Positions 56,901-64,000 of a DNA stretch of 64,000 bases are shown piece by piece. The stretch comes from the human T2T-CHM13v2.0 reference genome, Homo sapiens. The stretch lies in the NCBI RefSeq assembly GCF_009914755.1, contig NC_060925.1; one strand, written 5' to 3'. How positions within the stretch are numbered: the first letter of the stretch is position 1; every line of letters begins with the position of its first letter. The translations under genes were made by a program, and so were the position numbers. The notes beneath the pieces were generated by a model, which was not told where the DNA came from, did not search any database, and saw only the letters and a list, made by a program, of their open reading frames with translations.

Positions 56901-57582
56901 AGGAAGGATGTGGCAAGAATATGGATGAGATGAAAACTTGAGGGTGTGATGAAGTTGTGGGAGGGTTGAATTTGAGATTAAAGGATACCTGAATATGGTT
57001 CTAGGTTAAAAATTATTCAGCAAACTATGTGGTTTTCTCAGAATCAATATACTAATAAGGTAAATAATTTAAAAACTTTGTGTTATAAAAACTTTCAAAG
57101 TAAAAATCAATAAAAATTTCTCAAAAAGACATGTTATTTTTCCTAGGCACAGACAAATAAATACCTATGATGAACAAAATACTTAAGATTCAGTAGCTCT
57201 TTGGAGACTAAAATGATGTAAAACATGGAGATATGAATATTAAAACTAATTACTAGTTTTTGAAGTTATGTTGTAAATAAAAGTAACAGGGGAAAGCCAA
57301 TGGACTGAGAAACAGAAAACTTAGATTTGAGTCCTGCATTTGATTATATTAACTTCAGCAAATTACCCAACCTAGCTCTGATTTATTTAATTGATTTATA
57401 CTATAAAGGAGTTGAATTAGGTGACTTTCCAAGATACTTCCAAGTCCTAAAATTCTCATTCTCTCACTTTAAACAGTATATTTAAAGTGTTTAGAAAGTT
57501 GAAATCCATTATCTTATTAAAGCTAATGCGACCAAAGAAAGCAGGGCAGAGACGGTATCTAATTAGTGTAGCAATGTCTTAC

Positions 57583-57736
57583 TTGGATTGCATGTTGGAC
57601 CAACTGGACTCTCCCATCTTTGAGGTGAATCAAACTCACCCCCATCTTCTTCAGGATTTCTAAATGCTCAGGGTTAGTGGCCATGAAATCTCTGGCTCTC
57701 AGAGGGGGTTTAGCTCCACTCCTGAAACTCTCCTCT
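57583..57736 (-). CDS. EDEM3: EDEM3 exon ([51 protein letters not shown])
   Basis: cttttagcag|AGAGGAG...ATCCAA|gtaaga; 154 nt, phase 2/0; tandem TAGCAG acceptor. Confidence 0.95.
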
Positions 57737-58281
57737 CTGCTAAAAGTAATTACAGGCAAGGCTTAAAAAACTATAAATTAGAATTGGCAAAAAACACATG
57801 TCAAATAAAAATAATGTTACTTGCAAAATTGCTAGTTTTAGAACTAGTGAAACTGGAATAACTAGAAAGTATTTTCTTACATATAATTTAGGTTAACAAG
57901 TGGTATAGCTTTCAAATATAACATTTTCTAGTTATAAAAGTTTGTATATTATCTATATAAGGCAGTATTAGTCAAGAGAACTATAACTATTTAAAGGTAC
58001 AGAACAAGTTTGCTTGGGGATTTGTTACTATTGATGTTATCCTTTAAAAACACAGATTTTTCTCCCAATATTTTAAAAGCAAATCAATACTTGCATCAGT
58101 GAATAATAACACTTATGTAAAAATAATTTTTAAAAAGTCCTTGCAATGGCCTAATATAACTACTCGTCAGAAAATGAACTCATTAAGCCAATTTTAACAA
58201 GCAAGAATAAGTACTCCCTCAAAAAATCAAATCCAAACAAACAAACAAAATACCTGTATTTTCACTACACAGAAACTATAG

Positions 58282-58588
<307 letters not shown>

Positions 58589-58911
58589 AGAAAATATTCG
58601 ATGAAACTATTCCATGAAAAATGAGTTATAGAAGTTAAAAACTGTTACATGCTGCCCACTATTATTACCTTAGTTCATAAAATAAAAGATATATTGAAAG
58701 TTTCCAAAATAATAAAAAAGATATTACTGCAAAATAAGCTTTACTATCTAACTTTACTACTAATTTTTATTTTAACCAGTGATAGCTACATACCTCAACA
58801 TTTTCGGCCTATGTGAATGTCTTCTTGGCTGTTGATACATGCTCCCTAAGTTCTCTGTCATTTACTAAGAAACAACTTTGATATTAGAAAATATAAAATA
58901 ATACATCTTAC

Positions 58912-59066
58912 ACTCTGATGATGCCTCTAGGACAGCTCTTATCCACCACATTTTTCAAGGGCTCACGAATACTTTGAGCATACAATGGGTCATTAGGAAA
59001 GAGGATCTGAGTATTTGGACAAGTCCAATCGAAGTTACTGTCATCCAGTTCTGTATATTCCGAGGT
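58912..59066 (-). CDS. EDEM3: EDEM3 exon ([52 protein letters not shown])
   Basis: tttctcttgtag|ACCTCG...AGAGT|gtaaga; 155 nt, phase 0/2; frame closes with both neighbours. Confidence 0.95.
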
Positions 59067-59092
59067 CTACAAGAGAAAAACATTTTATGTAA

Positions 59093-59413
<321 letters not shown>

Positions 59414-59621
59414 CTACTCAACATAATTTTTAAAAGGAAACAGTTAATGAAATATATAAGTGTATACAGGATGCAATAAAAGAAAAAAAATAGGAAAATG
59501 TATATATTTATTCTTACCATACATATATTTATTGAATTCTACTCATGGATTACTTTTCACTTGGAAAAATAAAACATGTAGAAATAAAAAAGAGAATAAG
59601 ACATTTCATTTAAAAACTCAC

Positions 59622-59787
59622 TGTGTTCTTTTTAGAGATGCTTTGATTTGTAGTAGAGAGCCAAAGAGGTAACAGATGAGCTTCTGTTGTAAAGATGTAA
59701 TCTTCTATGTCAAAAATAATGTCTTCTTTATCAGCAAATAACAGGTAAAGATATTTAAACATTTCAGCCAAGAAGAAAGAATCCATT
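59622..59787 (-). CDS. EDEM3: EDEM3 exon encoding the end of the GH47 mannosidase domain ([17 protein letters not shown]...[11 protein letters not shown])
   Basis: ttttattttag|AATGGAT...AACACA|gtgagt; 166 nt, phase 2/0. GH47 motifs SFxLAExxKYLYLLF and FTTEAH. I found no further upstream exon in the window. Confidence 0.97.
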
Positions 59788-60260
59788 CTAAAATAAAAAG
59801 TCACAAATAAATATAAGTAGATAAAAATAATTTAAATGCCAACTATATGAAAGCCATAGAGTCAAGGTTAATAATCCTGTCTATACCAACTTAGATGTTC
59901 AAAGAACTATAGAATGTATCAATCTACCAGGGGCAGAATAACCTTGACTCCAAGTATATTCTATGTTAATGAAAAAGACCAGAGGAGTTGTCTACCACAC
60001 TGATACACTGAATCTTGTGAATAATGCAGACAAGATTTTTCTATAGGCCTTTCAATGAGGGAAAGTTCTCCATTTCTTCTATAGAGAATCAACAGCAGGG
60101 AGGTAACTGATAAATTTTACTAGTGAGAATCATATAAGAATCTTCCATTAAATTAGAGAGCTGGAAAAAGTCATACAAATTTGACGGAATTTATTATGTA
60201 GCTATTTAAGTGATTTAAAAAGAAGGCTTTAAATGTAAAGAAATTACTTGCATGTAATTT

Positions 60261-60468
60261 CCTGGCCAACATGGTGAAACCCCGTCTCTACTAAAAATAC
60301 AAAAATTAGCCGGGTGTCGTGCCAGGCACCTGTAATACCAGCTACTCAGGAGGCTGCAGCAGGAGAATCACTTGAACCCAGGAGATGGAGATTGCAGTGA
60401 GCCGAGTGCAGTGTCACTGCACTCCAGCCTGGGTGACAGAGCAAGACTCCGACTCAAAAAAAGAAAAA
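60261..60468 (+). mobile_element. 5'-truncated Alu, antisense to EDEM3
   Basis: Starts at cctggccaacatggtgaaacccc; ends in an A tail. Confidence 0.9.
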
Positions 60469-63400
60469 AATAGTTACATGAAAAAAGTACAATGCAAAGT
60501 CACACGGGCTATGATTATAACATGCTAAATATTTATTTACCTGTTAAGAAGGGAATGTGGAGAAATAAAGACAGTAAAACTATATGTGTTTTTACAAATG
60601 ATTTAATGTTATAATGTTTTAACAATTTAAGAAAAGTTTAAATTAAAAGTGTCAGGAAAAAAGCATAGCTGGTAGATGGAGTCATAGTAACATCAAATTT
60701 AATTCACTACTCCCCAAAGCATCATAGGTTTTGGCAGTAATAAACAACTTCTAGTTTACTGGACAAGTTGCACAATTTCATACCTCTGGCCAAGCACAAT
60801 TCCTGGCACACAGTAGGCACTCAATAAATGTTTACTAAATTAAATGCAAGTTTAAACAGCGTGATTAAAGAATGAGCTGGAGAGGGAGTAGAACAAAGAA
60901 GTAAAGAACATGGGCTTTGGAAATAGAAAGATCTTCCACTAATTAGTTCTGTCACCATGGGGATATTATATAAGGACTATGAGCTTCAGTTTATTCTTCT
61001 GTAAAAGGAATATAACAATACACTCATGACATTGGTGTGAAGACTGAGATATTAAATGTCAATTATTTAGCATAGCACTTGGCATACATATGAGATTGAA
61101 ACTACAGCTATCATTTTTCCTACATACACATGATTTTTTATTTTGGAACAAAAACTCACCTGAAATGTTTCAAAACATGTTTAGCCATTTTGGATATTAA
61201 TCTTTTTAGACAATATAAAAACACTTTCCTGTTTATCTGCAATACACTTATCATAATTCAACCTTTTCTGATGGACTGACAGTTATTACATGAGCAAATG
61301 CTATCTTGAGAACTGCAGACAGATGAGCAGGATACTGATAATTGGCAAATACTAGAATAGACAATTTGTAAACATTTAGAAAAGAACAAGGCATGGTAAG
61401 ATAACTACAATATGAATTGGGCAAAGCTAGCAAGTTGAACATCAGATCATATGATCTATTTTATATTTTAAAATCATAAAAATACATAAATAAAAATACA
61501 CAGGCATTAAAAATGTCTGGAAGCCTTTATAAAATTGCTAACAGTGGTAATCTTACGCAGTTAGGGGACAGTGTCTTAGCAAATATTTTCCTATTATTTT
61601 TGCCATTTACATTCTTTTCAGTAATTATGATTAGGAAAATACAGATATTTCCATTGTGAAAAGTGTGTGTGTATGTCTGTGTCTGTGTAGATGATGGTAA
61701 CCTGGAGGACAGTGATAGTGCTTAGATCTATAGGGTAATAAACCACCACATGCAAAGAGCCTGTAACTGAAAGCTCTTGAGTGCAGTGCCACAAGGCACT
61801 GGTTGGGGTCCAACCAAAACTTCTTCCTAACAGTTTGGATGAAAAAAATGTAAGGTATGCTCATCTAAACTATAGATCATTGAAAACTGGTAGTTTAGCT
61901 AATGAGATTCAACCTCTAGACCAAAATCTAGAAACAAAACAAAAAAAGAAATTTTGCTGAGTTAAATATAAAAGTTCTAAGTTTACACTAAAAAAAAGAA
62001 AACTTGGCTGCTCAAAGGCAGGGTGGAGAACACTCATTTGTCAGCAGACCATACAGTTAAGTATGTGAAACTAGTTGATCACAAGCTCACTGTGAGCTGA
62101 ACATAATAAAGCTCCTAAAAAATCTAAAGCACATCTAATAACACAATATGATGAAGAATGGTAGTTCTTAACCTTTCATTTGGCTAAAGACATCTGAGAG
62201 GCACAACAATCCCCTCAGGAACAGTGAGTCAATGAAGCAGTGGTCCTCAACTGGATAGAGGGTGGAAACTCATCAGCCTCATAGAACATTAGTGACCCTT
62301 TGCCTGAATACAGACAGTTATGGTGCTGTGTGCCAGACACATCTTGAGTATGGTTAATTCTGGATGTGATATTTTAAGAGTTATTATATATACTGGAATG
62401 CAATCAGAATGGGGCAATGTCAGTGGTAAGAGGTCCAGAAACAATGTCATAAAAGGAGTATTTGGTGGGGAAAAAAAGAAGGATGTTACACTTTGAAAAA
62501 TAGAATTCTGAACAGTAAATCATGTCTTCCTCTGCAATTCTTCAACTTGTTACCTCTTTTGTATTTTAGAACATATCACATGGTTGTGATTATTTCTTTA
62601 CACACCTATCTTATTCACTAACTACAAGTCATGGGAGTGCAGGGACTGGTTCTATTTTATCTTTCTACCCCACACTTAAGTGCAGTGGCTGGCATACAGT
62701 AGGTGTTTAATTATTGTTCTTTAATGAATTGCCAGTATAACATCATTGTCAAGAGCCAATCTGCCTAGATTAGAATTCTGACTTAATCTTACTAACTGTG
62801 TGACCTTAGGCAAGTTCCCTAACTTCTCTTTCCCTTGGTTTCTTCACCTTTAAAATGAAGACTGTAATAGTACACTTCAGAAAGCTGTTGTAAGGATCAA
62901 ATTAGTTAAACACATAAAATGCTTAGAAGACTGTCTGGAGTATAGGAAACAGTCAATAAATGTTACAGGCAAATAAATACACAAGGTATCTGCTTTTATT
63001 TCTTGCTATTACTTGTATGCCTGCTTCCAGAACCTAACCATTTCTCATTAGCTGTGGTTAGGGATGGAGATTCGAAGCCTAATTAACCATTATCCGAACA
63101 CTAAGTGAAGAACTAAGGGACAACTCTATGGGTAGATGATGAGTGCTGTGTTTCTCATGTCTTCAGTCTCACTGCCTGGAACTTCTTTTACATCTTTCTT
63201 CTTCTAATTCTTGGTTATCCTTCAGGACATAGGAGCCTTCAGGAACCCTTCGCTGACTATCACATCCCAACTTGTGCTTCATGCCCCTTTAATATGTTTC
63301 AAACACATATACAATGTTTTAAAAGTCTGCTTATTGGCCTGCCTTCAGTGATTCAAAGACAGAAAGGACTTATCTTCATATCTTTAATCCTCAAAAACTA

Positions 63401-64000
63401 GTAAGAGCCCTGGCACATAAGGGGCCTCAGTAAATATTTCTGGAATGAACATTTGCTAACCAAATGAACAAATAAGCTTCAGCATTCATTTAGAGATGTG
63501 ATAACCAGATAAGTGATCTTAGAATAAGGAGAATGCTTGTGAATTTCATGTGGAGCACTTTTTATAGCTTGAATACTTCATACCATCTACATCTATCCAG
63601 TGTCTAATGAAACAGAAACTACCACTGGTCTTTCCCACTCCTGCAAGTCAGCAACGGTGTAAGTACACACAGCTTTTGAGGAATTCTTGGCCGAACACAA
63701 ATCACATTCCAGATCATTCCTCATCTTGGTAATTTCTAATGTCTTATGTAATATAAAAGGAAACTATTATCAAAGAAGAAAAAAAGCCACATTTTAGATA
63801 GTCCTAACACCAAGGTTCTGATATTTAACAATCATCGATTCATTTATTTAAAAATCATTTGAGCACCTACTATATGCCAGGCACTATGATAAAAATACAA
63901 ACTTTTCAAACAAATTAAAATTAGTGTATTCAACAGAGTTTAAAAAAGTAAACACAAGGAACAAAGGTTTCTATCCTTTGTAAAAGAATTAAACTTATTT

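Noticed and set aside
59788-64000. Further upstream EDEM3 exon
   Set aside because: No GH47-like frame with matching phase and splice sites found; the region looks intronic (Alu, MIR/L2 fragments), so the next exon lies beyond the window.

Overview
Human-type (primate) genomic DNA, rich in Alu, L1, MIR and LTR repeats. The right 40% holds the 3' half of EDEM3 (ER degradation-enhancing alpha-1,2-mannosidase-like 3) on the minus strand. Seven constitutive coding exons (59787->41252) splice in frame with canonical GT-AG ends. They encode the end of the GH47 domain (FTTEAH motif), the PA domain and the acidic tail ending in KDEL, followed by a ~3.6-3.8 kb 3'UTR. The left 37 kb is intergenic, with a CpG-rich island at ~11.2-12.3 kb and many nested mobile elements. 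Points worth follow-up: (1) a frame-preserving 48-nt cassette exon (48686-48733) with microexon-like architecture in the last intron; (2) a leaky UGA-C stop after KDEL whose 29-codon readthrough frame ends in a TAATG stop/start overlapping a 122-codon downstream ORF; (3) three old local DNA-copying events: two ~120-135 bp templated insertions copied from 2.4 and 5.1 kb away, and an ERV with an inverted internal segment and inverted LTR duplication; (4) a twin-primed L1 with nested insertions; (5) an orphan CpG island with a strong splice donor. I found no evidence of a wholly new protein-coding gene; most short ORFs in the track are repeat-derived. Repeat family names come from recalled consensus sequences, and repeat coordinates are approximate unless TSDs are quoted.
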